From Eledone cirrhosa (taxonomy: Eukaryota): a stretch of 64,000 nt of DNA. Below are positions 51,721 through 64,000 of this stretch, piece by piece. The position numbers and the translations under genes were made by a program. The stretch spans positions 31,496,001-31,560,000 of the forward strand of contig OZ024745.1 of NCBI GenBank assembly GCA_964016885.1, in the 5' to 3' direction. Every line of letters begins with the position of its first letter. Positions within the stretch are counted from its first letter, which is position 1. The notes under the pieces were generated by a model. It searched no databases and was not told the origin of the DNA. It was given only the letters and a program-made list of their open reading frames with translations.

Positions 51721-52473
51721 CTGAAAGTTAATATTAAAAATGACATATTTTAGAAAGAGAGAGAAAAAACAACAACAAAAAACTTGTTAAAGCTAAAATA
51801 TAATTTTGCATAAATTTCTAAGATGTGCTTTTAAAATCATCATCATCACCATTGTACATGTTTTTCCATACTTGCATGGGTTGGATGGGTCTTTTCCAGT
51901 ACAACTTCCCCTCACTCAAAGGAATGCAGCAAGTGGAGAGAGGCTGTGCTGAAATGGACCTGTTCAACTCATGCAAAGCATGGAAAGATGGCCAGAGGAG
52001 GAGGAGGAGAAGGATGATGATGAAAAGTTGAATGCAAGGGAATTAAAGAAGTGGATGAGAATCAGAAGCCATGATCAGTATATAATGGGGAAGGTGACAA
52101 TGTGGGTATGTGAATGGATGTTGGTTGGATAGAAAGTGCTCCATGTTGATAAAGAAAACTACATGTATAAGGACATATGAGACACTACTTGTATTAAAGA
52201 GAAAAACAAACATAATTTAATAGCCCCTGACAACATTTTTTCCATTACTAAGGGTCTTTACTTGATTTTTATAAGCTATTTTATAGCAATTGACTGTAAT
52301 TGCAGTTATTTTCTGTGCCTGAGCTTCCTACATCTTCTTATGAATATATTTCCTCTCTGCTTTCATAAGTTTGAAATTTTGAGCTTGACACACAGTGTTT
52401 GTTTATAATTTAATATATATCAAATTAAAAAATTTAACACATTATGGCAGTTTTAATTAAAATTGAAAATTAC

Positions 52474-52725
52474 CTGTATGTACTTTAGAATGAGATTTTA
52501 AATATACCATCTGAGAAAATCTCTGGCCACACTTGTTGCACTCATAGGGTTTCTCTGAAGAGTGAGTGATGAGATGACGTCGTAGACAACTGATCTGACG
52601 GAAGGGAAGCTGGCAAATATGGCAAACATGTGGTTTGGAGTTTGTATGAATTGCTACATGTTCCAACAGGCTTATCTTACTTGAGAACTTGTTATCACAT
52701 ATTTCACATGAAAAAGGTTTGATTC
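52474..52725 (-). CDS. Zinc-finger gene coding exon 6 (fingers 3-5)
   Basis: CTGCAG|G IKPFSCEIC...SLLEHVAIH...CHIC...HLITH...CNKC...HSKVHT G|GTAATT; 252 nt. Confidence 0.93.
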
Positions 52726-52816
52726 CTGCAGAAATTGATAAAAAAAAAAGAACATTTAAAAAATCATCATTACAGTAACAATGGATTTATTTGGATAAAG
52801 TAGAATGTCAATATTT

Positions 52817-54604
52817 GTAGAAGAGGGATGATGTATGGTGCACTAAAGCTGGATGAGTGTAGAGTTAACAGAGGAGGGGTGTTGTGTGGTTCACTAAAGC
52901 TGGGTGAGTGTATAGTAGAGGAGGGGTGTTGTGTAGTTCACTAAAGCTGGGTGAGTGTATAGTAGAGGAGGGGTGTTGTGTAGTTCACTAAAGCTGGATG
53001 AGTGTAGAGTTAACAGAGGAGGGGTGTTGTATGGTTCACTAAAGCTGGGTGAGTGTATAGTTAACAGAGGAGGGGTGTTGTGTGGTTCACTAAAGCTGGG
53101 TGAGTGTATAGTAGAGGAGGGGTGTTGTGTAGTTCACTAAAGCTGGGTGAGTGTAGAGTTAACAGAGGAGGGGTGTTGTGTGGTTCACTAAAGCTGGGTG
53201 AGTGTATAGTAGAGGAGGGGTGTTGTGTGGTTCACTAAAGCTGGGTGAGTGTATAGTAGAGGAGGGGTGTTGTGTAGTTCACTAAAGCTGGGTGAGTGTA
53301 TAGTAGAGGAGGGGTGTTGTGTAGTTCACTAAAGCTGGGTGAGTGTATAGTAGAGGAGGGGTGTTGTGTGGTTCACTAAAGCTGGGTGAGTGTATAGTAG
53401 AGGAGGGGTGTTGTGTAGTTCACTAAAGCTGGGTGAGTGTAGAGTTAACAGAGGAGGGGTGTTGTGTGGTTCACTAAAGCTGGGTGAGTGTATAGTAGAG
53501 GAGGGGTGTTGTGTAGTTCACTAAAGCTGGGTGAGTGTATAGTAGAGGAGGGGTGTTGTGTAGTTCACTAAAGCTGGGTAAGTGTATAGTTAGTAGAGGA
53601 GGGGTGTTGTGTAGTTCACTAAAGCTGGGTGAGTGTAGAGTTAACAGAGGAGGGGTGTTGTGTGGTTCACTAAAGCTGGGTGAGTGTATAGTTAGTAGAG
53701 GAGGGGTGTTGTGTGGTTCACTAAAGCTGGGTGAGTGTATAGTAGAGGAGGGGTGTTGTGTAGTTTATTAAAGCTGGGTGAGTGTATAGTAGAGGAGGGG
53801 TGTTGTGTAGTTCACTAAAGCTGGGTGAGTGTATAGTAGAGGAGGGGTGTTGTGTAGTTCACTAAAGCTGGGTGAGTGTATAGTAGAGGAGGGGTGTTGT
53901 GTAGTTCACTAAAGCTGGGTGAGTGTATAGTAGAGGAGGGCTGTTGTGTGGTTCACTAAAGCTGGGTGAGTGTATAGTAGAGGAGGGGTGTTGTGTAGTT
54001 CACTAAAGCTGGGTGAGTGTATAGTTAGTAGAGGAGGGGTGTTGTGTAGTTCACTAAAGCTGGGTGAGTGTAGAGTTAACAGAGGAGGGGTGTTGTGTGG
54101 TTCACTAAAGCTGGGTGAGTGTATAGTTAGTAGAGGAGGGGTGTTGTGTGGTTCACTAAAGCTGGGTGAGTGTATAGTAGAGGAGGGGTGTTGTGTAGTT
54201 TATTAAAGCTGGGTGAGTGTATAGTAGAGGAGGGGTGTTGTGTAGTTCACTAAAGCTGGGTGAGTGTATAGTAGAGGAGGGGTGTTGTGTAGTTCACTAA
54301 AGCTGGGTGAGTGTATAGTAGAGGAGGGGTGTTGTGTAGTTCACTAAAGCTGGGTGAGTGTATAGTAGAGGAGGGGTGTTGTGTAGTTCACTAAAGCTGG
54401 GTGAGTGTATAGTTAGTAGAGGAGGGGTGTTGTGTAGTTCACTCAAGCTAGGTGAGTGTATAGTAGAGGAGGGGTGTTGTGTGGTTCACTCAAGCTAGGT
54501 GAGTGTATAGTAGAGGAGGGGTGTTGTGTAGTTCACTAAAGCTGGGTGAGTGTATAGTAGAGGAGGGGTGTTGTGTAGTTCACTCAAGCTAGGTGAGTGT
54601 ATAG
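52817..54604. repeat. 47/51-bp G-rich tandem minisatellite, about 37 units
   Basis: Unit GTAGAGGAGGGGTGTTGTGT(A/G)GTTCACTAAAGCTGGGTGAGTGTATA, with variants carrying a 4-bp insertion. Confidence 0.95.
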
Positions 54605-54982
54605 TTAATAGTTATTTTATTGACTTCTAGAATGATGAAAACCAAAGCCAATTGTAATAAAATTGGAACTGAAAACATAAAAGACTGAAACTAAATACTG
54701 CAATGTGTCACTGACTAAGGTATTTTATGGAGTGAGGTGGGAGATGAAGGCACAACAATTGCTACAGCAGGAAGCTGTACTTCAAAATATCACCAGAGGC
54801 ATCATTCATTGCTTGTAACAGAGTAGACATTACTAAAAGTACCCAAGGGCCAGTGGTGGTGAATGTGGTGCAGTTAAACTAGGTGACAACATCTATGTTA
54901 AGTCTATGATGAATATATTTGAATAAATTTTCATTTCAATAATTCACAAAATGAAGGATTACTGAAAATCAAAAATACAAAT

Positions 54983-55595
<613 letters not shown>

Positions 55596-56421
55596 CTATG
55601 ATTAAATGGTCAACCCTGACCATTTTGTTTATTTTTTTTTCATATCAGAGACTACATTATCTAAAATGATATTCTTTTAAAGACAGTACTGGCATTGTAT
55701 GGATATTTAGCTGTAAATTCTAGTAAGTCAAGTGACTGGTATATATTTTGAAAGATTATTAATGATAATATGTCTCATAACCCATAGGTATATAGGGATA
55801 ATACTGAAAACGTCTTTGACATGCAGTACATATGAGCTAGTAAGTGCTAGTCACTTTTCAGTATGTATCATCAGCAGGTCTGCTTTGCAAGTGGACATAG
55901 ATTTAATGGGTTGTTATAGTCGAAGACTAGACAGGTCAGAGAAGTATGTCTTTCTAATATGTTCCATATTTTGGTATGGTTTCTATGATTGGATGCCCTT
56001 CCCAACACCAACCTCTTTACAGAATAGATTTTACTATACATCAACACTAGAGATTTTGCTTAGTCTACTGCAAGATTAAAAGGGAGCTCTCTACTCCATG
56101 CAGTCTCACAGTCATTTCTTTGATAGGGGAAGAGGCCTAGTTGCTTTCCTATTAGGAAAAAAGTCAAACTATATTTGTGCCAGGAAGGAGTACCATAGAT
56201 GCTTTCTAACTTTTCTAAAAAAGAAAGGCAAGGCAGTTAACTTCAATAAGATTGGTTGATCAAAATTTTTAGACATAAATGCAGTTTAGTGTAGATTTGG
56301 TCATTAAATCTAAATGGAGAAAGCAATAAAGCCAACTGCTGAAACACAGAAAAAGGAGAACAGAGGTGAAACTAAAGAAATATATATAAATATAACGGTT
56401 AATGAATCAAATGTATAATAC

Positions 56422-56751
56422 CTTTTTGAGTAAATTCTCGCTGACAAATTTTGCAAGAGAAATTACTTTTATTTGAAGAAACAGCTCCATCCATATTTTT
56501 TGTACAAGCAATGTCCACTGATGAAGGTAACTTGTCCTCTGTAACAGTCACTGTGACAGATTCCATGTGTTCAGTACTTTCACTTTCTGATTGATCAGTG
56601 AGCTCAACTAACGCAGTTATAGATTCTGTTGCTGTTGATATTGCTGCTATTTCTGCTGCAGTTGTAGTTGTTGCTGCTGTTGTTTCTGCTATTGTTGTTG
56701 CTGTTGTCACCATTGTTGTTGTAAGAGGAGGTGGTGGAATCAGAAGAGGCG
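56422..56751 (-). CDS. Zinc-finger gene coding exon 4 (Pro/Thr/Ala-rich region, start of finger 1)
   Basis: TTACAG|APLLIPPPPLTTT...FSCKICQREFTQK G|GTATTA; 330 nt, phase 1-1. Confidence 0.85.
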
Positions 56752-57368
56752 CTGTAATGGAAACAAGATTTTATTTTCAAGGTGGCATAACTGACCACAA
56801 GACAACAAATAAATATTTCATTCATGATAGCAATATCTACTTTCGCAATTTTACAGTTGTTTAACTCCAGGTCAACTCTGATGAAACAGACCTATTATGA
56901 TTAAAGCATTCATTATCTAATGTGTCCTCATTTTTGTTTTCTTTTTGACATGGTAAGGTGCATTTAAGGAGGAATTTAGCTGCTATTTCAAACAGGTCAA
57001 GTTACCATTGCAAGAATCATCCAAGGTATCAGGAAAATGCATTGCAGCATCTTTTCTGACTCTCTGTGTTCAGATTTTTAAATCCCACGGAGGTCAATTT
57101 TGCTAGCATAGAAAAATGAACATCAAACGTTGATGGTGATGATGAAACCTGTTTTTAGATATGTTCAGCAAAGTCATAAGAGGATGTTAAGAGTTACGTT
57201 ACTGTTGATTAGGTTGTTGTACCACACCCCATCTTTCACTTCAAACACATCAAATGAATTATTTATGAATGCATATAATAAAACAAAAAATAAAAATGTT
57301 GATGGTAATAAATCTTGCTTAGAAATGGAAGAAAACAAATAAAAAATTAAGTACAAGTAAAAACTTAC

Positions 57369-57413
57369 CTGGTTCATCTTCTGTTTTTTCAATGCGAACT
57401 TTTCGGGGTCTTC
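57369..57413 (-). CDS. Zinc-finger gene coding exon 3 (AT-hook core)
   Basis: CTACAG|G RPRKVRIEKTEDEP |GTAAGT; completes RRPGRPRK. Confidence 0.85.
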
Positions 57414-58218
57414 CTGTAGGATAGTAAAAATATTTTAGAAATATAAAACTGATTTTTTATGATAAAATTTCTTTAACCCATCGGCAACTATCTTCTTACC
57501 AGAAAGACAGCCTAGTTGTTTCATTAATTTTCAATATAATCTGAATTTTGGAGAGGTCCAGTAAAACATCTGTAACTTTATATATTCTGATAACCCAACT
57601 CCTCTTTCATAATATCTGGAAGATAACCAGACAGCTCTGTCATAGTAGTTGGCACACTCTATCTAGTGTTGCTGAACTACAAGATAAATACAGCCATTTT
57701 GCTATGACAAAAAGCAGCCAGTCCACACTGTAAAGTGCCCAGTCCACATTGTAAAATGGTCATGTAGGTGTTATGACAAAAAGCACCCAATCAACACTGT
57801 AGAAAGGTTTTGTAGGTGTTATGATAAAAAGCACCTTGTCAACTTTGTAAATGTGGTTGGGATTAGGAAGGACATCCAGCCGTAAAAACCAATTCTGTAT
57901 ACTAGCATGGAAAAATGTATGTTAAACGGTGATGGTGATGATACTCTTTAAAGTGGTTGGTGATAGGAAAGTCATCCAGCTGTAGAAAACCTGTCAAACA
58001 AAGGGTCAAGAGGACTCTTTAGATGTGTCAAAAACAAGAAAACCTCCCTCTGTAGAGTGCAGAAACAGATACAGTAAGTGAGATGCAGGCCTGTGGCCCA
58101 TCTGAGAGGTCAGTAGCTCTGATTAAGTACTGACTTGGTTTATGATGACCTGTCAAACCCATGCTGCCAGGGATGTATTAAATGATGATGATGATAGTTG
58201 TTAGTATACAACACTTAC

Positions 58219-58352
58219 CTGGTCGCCGTCCTGTTGGAGTTGGAGTTGGGTTAGTTTTCCGTTTTTTAAGTGTTTTTGTTTCTCCCTCTGTTGGATAGTA
58301 ATCAGCATCATTATCATTTGTTTGCTCCACTAAATCAACATTCCGGTAATCT
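58219..58352 (-). CDS. Zinc-finger gene coding exon 2
   Basis: GGCAG|A DYRNVDL...KKRKTNPTPTPTGRRP G|GTAAGT; phase 2 to 1. Confidence 0.82.
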
Positions 58353-59336
58353 CTGCCAAAATTTGGTAACAGTAGAAGCAAGATGTTGAAAAACATTACA
58401 TTCAAATAAAATACGAAATACAGTTTTTTAAATCGTCACATTACATTTTTTTTATATTTCTATTTAAATATGTTTCAATTAACTTTGAATCAATTATTGA
58501 AGAATTTGGTGAGATTTACTCAAGTTATTAATTACTGCGATGGTATTAGTAACATATTAAAAGGTAAAAATATGCTGAAAAGTTTTACATAGGAATTCTT
58601 TAAAATGGGTGGTTTCGTTTTATAAAAACAGAGGTAGTTTTAGGCAGGCTGGTCTCAAATGGGTAAAAGCAACTAGAACAGTTTTATACAATCTGTACCA
58701 CTGGTCACACATTTTTGAGAAAGGGTGTGGACAATTTTATCTGTTCAATTCTTGACTAGTACTTCTTTTATTGACCCATAACCATACCAGCATGGTCTTT
58801 TCTCCTGAACACTTAGGCTGATGTCTATAATATTTAGACAATCTCTTAGCTCACCATGCAGGTTGCCTTTCATCTTTTTGGTACAGATAATAAAATTAAA
58901 AATCAATACAAAAAAATCAATAACATTTTAAAAAAAAGATGTAAAGTAAGGGAGGCGACTCTCGTCGCTTCTTGTTTAAAGTTTATATACGTAGGTAGGT
59001 TGAACAGTTCATAGGCTGACTATGAATGAGGGATGCTAAAGTTGGTGACACAACAAAAAGTGGTCATGTTGGTGCCAAAATAAAAAAGCACCCAGTCCAC
59101 ACAGTAAATGTGGTTGATGTTAGGAAGGGCATCCAGTCATAGACACCAAGCTAGAGACATTTCTGTATGAGCAAGACATGGTTACCTGATCTGACTTGTC
59201 TCAAACGCGACAACTAGTCTAACCCATGTTAGAATTGAGAAATGGACCTTAAACGATGATGATGATGATGAGAATGAGAGACTACAATGCATACTTAATC
59301 CATGTATTACAAATGACACAAACACAAATTAATTAC

Positions 59337-60430
59337 CTAAATTTGTAGGGTATAACACGACGTCTAGCTGGAACCTTCCCTGACCTTCTCTCAATTTCAT
59401 AGTCATTTGCTTGAATGCCAATTTCTACACTAACGGGGGGAGTTTGTGGCTTTCTCAGTCCCGTTTCATTTTCTTTTGTATCTACTTCATTAAGATTACT
59501 GTTGTTGGTTTGATTATCATTGCCGGGGTCACTCAATTGCTCAGTGCTTTTGTTAACATTTATATTATCTAAATTGTTCTGTAAGATAGATATTGCAATT
59601 AAAGTCTCTGCAGTAATAGCATCTTCACAGTTAGTGTCAATCTTCACAGTATTGTCACCAACAGTAGAATGTGTGCCATCCTCAACAACAGATATATTGT
59701 TTTCAGTACTTTTAGTAGTTTCAGGGTGACTTTCTTCTATCTCTATATGAGTATTTTCAGTTGTTGAATTATTAGAACTTTTGGAATGCAAAAGATTACT
59801 TGAATTATCCCATTCTGTTGCTTCTTTTACTGGTACTTCGTTTGATTCTGCTGCACTCTGGCATTCAGTAACTGCTACTGACATAGGCACCATGATTATA
59901 TCCTTACATTCAATTGTGCTTGGATCTTTTTCAATTTCACCGACGACATCAATCTTTTCAGTGATGGTCTCCACTGAAAGGTGTGTTTCATTGGTTACAG
60001 TCAAGAGATTATTTTCTATTATTTCAACAGAATGTATGGACTGTTCACAATCACCAGTTTTTCCATCTGAGAGAGTAATATAATTGCCAACAACTGGCGA
60101 ATCAGTTAGAGATGATTCAATGTCTTTCTTTGCAGAAACAACATTACTTTCTGCTTGATGCAATTCTTCTATCCTCACAGCAGGAGACTCTTCTTTTTCA
60201 ACAGGATTCATATGAACTTCGCTGATATGCCAAGCACCTTCGTTACAAACATTACCTTCTGATGTTACTTGGACCACTGTTTTTGGCTCTGGACAAGCTT
60301 CTATTGAGCTATCTAAAGAGGAGGAGCTGTTGACAGCATTTGAAGAATCCTTTTTATAATTGTTTTCTACATTTGTTATGGAAGATGGTTCCAATACATT
60401 GCAAGTGGCTTCTATTGAGCAAGCTTCCAT
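59337..60430 (-). CDS. Zinc-finger gene coding exon 1 (acidic, low-complexity N-terminus)
   Basis: ATG at 60430; 364-codon open frame ending RRRVIPYKF R|GTAATT; probable acceptor upstream at 60504/60505. Confidence 0.85.
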
Positions 60431-61609
60431 CTTTATTAAATTAGAATAGAAGAAATGCAGTTTAAAATCTGGGATATATTTTTATTCATATCACAGAAAA
60501 TGTTCTGAAACAATAAAAGAAATTGGAAAGCATTAATAAAACAAATGTTTAAATGTCCAATGAAGCAAATTGAATAGGGTAGAGTGACAGAAATAATTGA
60601 ATTATTTTATTAGTACTTCTTTGATCACCCTCAAAGATGAAAGGCCAAGTAGAGCCTAATGAGATTTTAATTCAGGATATAGAGTAAAAGACAATAAATA
60701 GATACATATACATCAGATCCGAATACAATGGAACCAAACTCCTACTGTCACTGCCTCCATCTCTCACTATTATAAGCAAATGGGGGCCTATGCACTGGCC
60801 ACCCCACAACCCTGGAGGACAGAATAGAGTAAACAACAATTATATATGTATTCTAAAGTTTGAAAGACCAGTGATTAATTTGTTTTTATGATGTGAAACA
60901 GAGGAGAGGAACAATGTACCATTGGATACGATACCTGTCTATACCACATGATCTGTTACCTATTCTTGATATATCTGCCAATAAAAAAGCCTCTAACATG
61001 GTTGCTGTTGCCTGCATTAATTTCAACTCTTCTTATTAATAACCCTTTGTTTGGTAAGCTTTCTATGGCTGGATGCTCTTCCTATCACCAACCACTTTAC
61101 AGAGTGTACTGGGTGTGTTTATCATGTAGATCACCCACACTAGAGGTTGCTGTACCATGGCATGACTGAAGGGTCCTCTTTAGACATGGTTTCTACAGCA
61201 GAGTGCTCTTCCTGTCACCAACCAAATGTGTGCATTTTTGTGGTGCCGTCACAAGCGAGGTTGCTGGTCATAGACCCAACTGTAGAGCCTTCTTTGCTGT
61301 GGGGAAGAGAGCAACAGGGTGGGAAATAGGTATGAAATTATAGGTGTATGTGGTTGATAAATATGTATATACATACATATACACAGAAACGTGTATATAT
61401 CTATATATATTGCACTAAAATCACAAGGACCTACAGAGGTTGATTGATGAGAAGGGCCTGTCCTGTAATTTGCTGTCTTCGCCCACCTTTTTGTAAATTA
61501 TATACATTGGTGCGCACCGTTCAGTGACTGATGGTTCATCAGTTTGAGCATTCAATGCTAATATGTGAATCGAGGATTTGCGTCGTCACCAGTGTTAATA
61601 ATAAGAGCG

Positions 61610-61827
61610 AAGTATCAATATAACATTAATATATTTTTATTCACACATGACTTGTTTCGCGATCGATCAGCTGAAGGTATTATTATGGTCGGGCCTGCTC
61701 ATTCGAGAATCCACAAGTCTGATGAGCAATCGTTTCCAGAGTCGGGCCCGATCATACCTTGAGCTGATTGATTGCGAAGCACGCGTCACGTATACATAAA
61801 AAATATATTGGTGTTATATTGATACTT
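61610..61827. repeat. Long imperfect inverted repeat (Penelope pLTR-like hairpin)
   Basis: Arms AAGTATCAATATAACA / TGTTATATTGATACTT and TTCGCGATCGATCAGCT..AGGTAT / ATACCT..AGCTGATTGATTGCGAA. Confidence 0.75.
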
Positions 61828-62797
61828 GTTCCCGATATATATTTTATATATTCTTTATTATGGCTAATTGAAGAGTGATATTACCCGGGAGTTTCACCCG
61901 TGTACTCACAGGTATATTCCTGGGTTTTATTATGAATTTTGTATGGTGTTCACACATTGTCTTTGCCCCTGCACAACCTCTTCGAAATTGATTAATTAAT
62001 TGCCACTCTGAAACCACTTATTTTGTGTTGATTGAACTATTCTAGGTATATCGACTCGTGTTGTCTTCCTGAAAATACAATGATAGGTTCTTAATATATA
62101 TATGATATACACATAACCAGGTGTTTCCGAATTGATAAACTCCACATGCATTTGCTTGTTTGTAACCCTAAACAAGTGTGACGACTTGTGTTGTCTTCCT
62201 GCGAATATGATATCAATAGATTCCTTATATATATTATATTAGGAATCTATCGATGTCATATTCGCAGCTGATAATGTGTATATTGTACACATATATATGT
62301 ACTATATATACACATTACCAGCTGTTTACAAATAGAAAAACTCCACATGCATTTCCTTGTTTGTCATCCTAAGCATATATGTATGTTTATATTACACGTT
62401 TTCATCTATTGAAAACAACTAGTAAAAAATAAAATTATTTCGTAAAATGGTGCTTAAATATGTTCCTCCTCCTTCTTCAATAGATACAGCTACATTTTCA
62501 ATTTACACTTTTTAGGTGATTTAATTATTTAAATGAGAAAATCTGATATTAAGAAGACAGAATAAATCGTAAAACAAATGCATTCATGTCAACATAAATC
62601 TGAGAAGGCCTCTTCATTCAAAGAAAAAGTCCTCTTGTCCACTTACGACATTGACTATTATATAGAAAAGCAACTCTACATGACTACCTGCATCTCTTGG
62701 ATAATGAAAAAAAATAAGAACTCTACAAAAAATAAACTTCCAACAATAATTTTGTTCCTAAATATAATTGGATATTTTTCGAAAGAAAATAAATACT

Positions 62798-62916
62798 ACT
62801 TACGAAGAGATTTTGCAGGAAAAATACTGCATAGATAATATAATACAGACAATTGGCTAAATATCGCAAGCGACAGCCATTTTTGTTACTGAACTTATTT
62901 CGAATTCCCGGAAGTA
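62798..62916 (-). promoter_or_regulatory. Putative TSS / non-coding first exon of the zinc-finger gene
   Basis: ETS-type CCGGAAGT (about 62908-62915); YY1-like AAAATGGC on the - strand (about 62876-62885); donor GTAAGT at 62798-62803. Confidence 0.5.
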
Positions 62917-63639
62917 TGTAAGGGAGACAATTATTTGGTTAATATTCAGCTTTACATGGTATTCTTTATGGAGAATTTTCTGTTTGATATTTCTAAAATT
63001 ATTGCTTCATTTTAAAATTTACACAAAAAAGAACTAGAATATTTAATTAAAATATTGCTGCGTTTTACTTGTTTATAGTACTAATTTTTTAATATCAATT
63101 TGGATTATCTCCCTTAATTTCTTAAGCCGACTTCTAAGCTGTTTCTTATCCAGTCTCTTATTGATGTTTATTTTCATTACTTGGTGAGCGAATAACACTA
63201 TATTATCACATGCACTACACATACCTACTTTGATTACTAATAAAAATTGAAGCTGTTATTAAAAAAACAAACATTATCCCAAGAGTTACTTGACGCCGCG
63301 TTAAACAACGATGTATCAAAAATAAGATTTTGAAAAGAAATAAAACAATAGAAATTTATCAGAGAAAAATAAAACTGGACAAGACATGTACATACAATTC
63401 AAGGGCGGTGGAAGCATTTCTGATTGTGGGGGTGGGTAAATTTGGTCAATTTAGATGTAGTGATTAGTTTAGCTGTTTAAAATACTGTTTCAGTCTTTAT
63501 TCACTGTTGTATAAAAAGAAATATAATAATACAATATTTACAGAACGAAAGCACAAACAAATATAATATTAAAAAAAAACCCACTGAAGCGATCACATAC
63601 AACAAAAAGCAGGCGAAAAGGGTGGGCAACCGAGCCGCT

Positions 63640-64000
63640 ACCAAAGTAAAAGATAACAGTATCGCGAGGAGCACTGGGAAACCTCTCCAATAATTTTTTA
63701 TGCAAACCTCCAGAAGAACCTTGATAGAATTGGAATCAGTCCCAGCATTACGACATTGCAGAAAACAATATATTTGAGAGCAGCAAATATCCTGCAGAAA
63801 GTACTGTCTATCTGAGGTTACATAACTTGATAGGGAGTCAAATGATCCAGTGTTAATAAGATCATCACTGTGCAAACGAATAATAGTAATAACGACAACA
63901 ACAATAATAGACCTAAAATATACAATCCTCAAGTGCTGGAAAAAACTATTTGGCATGGTCATTATCTTTCTAATTGTTATTGGAATCTCGGGAACCATGA
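63640..64000 (+). mobile_element. RLE-type (R4-like) LINE C-terminal remnants
   Basis: GALG...LDRIGI...LQKTIYLRAANILQKVL and DLKY....W....IVIGISGT resemble RLE-domain ends. Confidence 0.45.

Noticed and set aside
52955-54206. Repetitive Cys/Gly-rich ORFs (GGVLCSSLKLGEC)
   Set aside because: Translations of the 47/51-bp minisatellite; the unit length breaks frame and they lie antisense in an intron.
63501-63998. 165-aa hydrophobic ORF on the - strand
   Set aside because: Antisense to RLE LINE remnants and A-rich sequence; no family resemblance.

Overview
This is AT-rich, intron-rich eukaryotic DNA. The repeat content (RTE LINEs, tRNA-derived SINEs, Penelope-like remnants) suggests a coleoid cephalopod such as an octopus; this is an inference. 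Four spliced host genes were rebuilt from GT-AG boundaries and reading-frame phase. (1) WDR54-like on the - strand: 3 exons seen, running off the left edge. (2) FAM204A on the + strand: 7 exons, about 197 aa, head-to-head with WDR54 (ATGs at 6811 and 7350). (3) TRC8/RNF139-like multi-pass RING-H2 E3 ligase on the + strand: 2 exons, about 616 aa. (4) An AT-hook plus 8x C2H2 zinc-finger gene on the - strand: 8 coding exons, about 1069 aa, with a ZBTB24-like finger array but no BTB domain. The rest is mostly decayed RTE, CRE/RLE and Penelope-like retroelements, SINEs, and hAT, Tc/mariner and piggyBac-type MITEs. The most unusual region is the last intron of the zinc-finger gene. There an uninterrupted, 5'-truncated CR1/L2-type reverse transcriptase ORF sits inside an array of about 105 copies of a 38-bp hairpin repeat. 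The repeat supplies in-frame ATGs to the RT and carries a consensus 5' splice site in every unit on the host pre-mRNA strand. A second 47/51-bp array, several long intronic hairpins and degenerate hammerhead-like motifs are also present. No CRISPR array, rRNA or intact tRNA gene was found.
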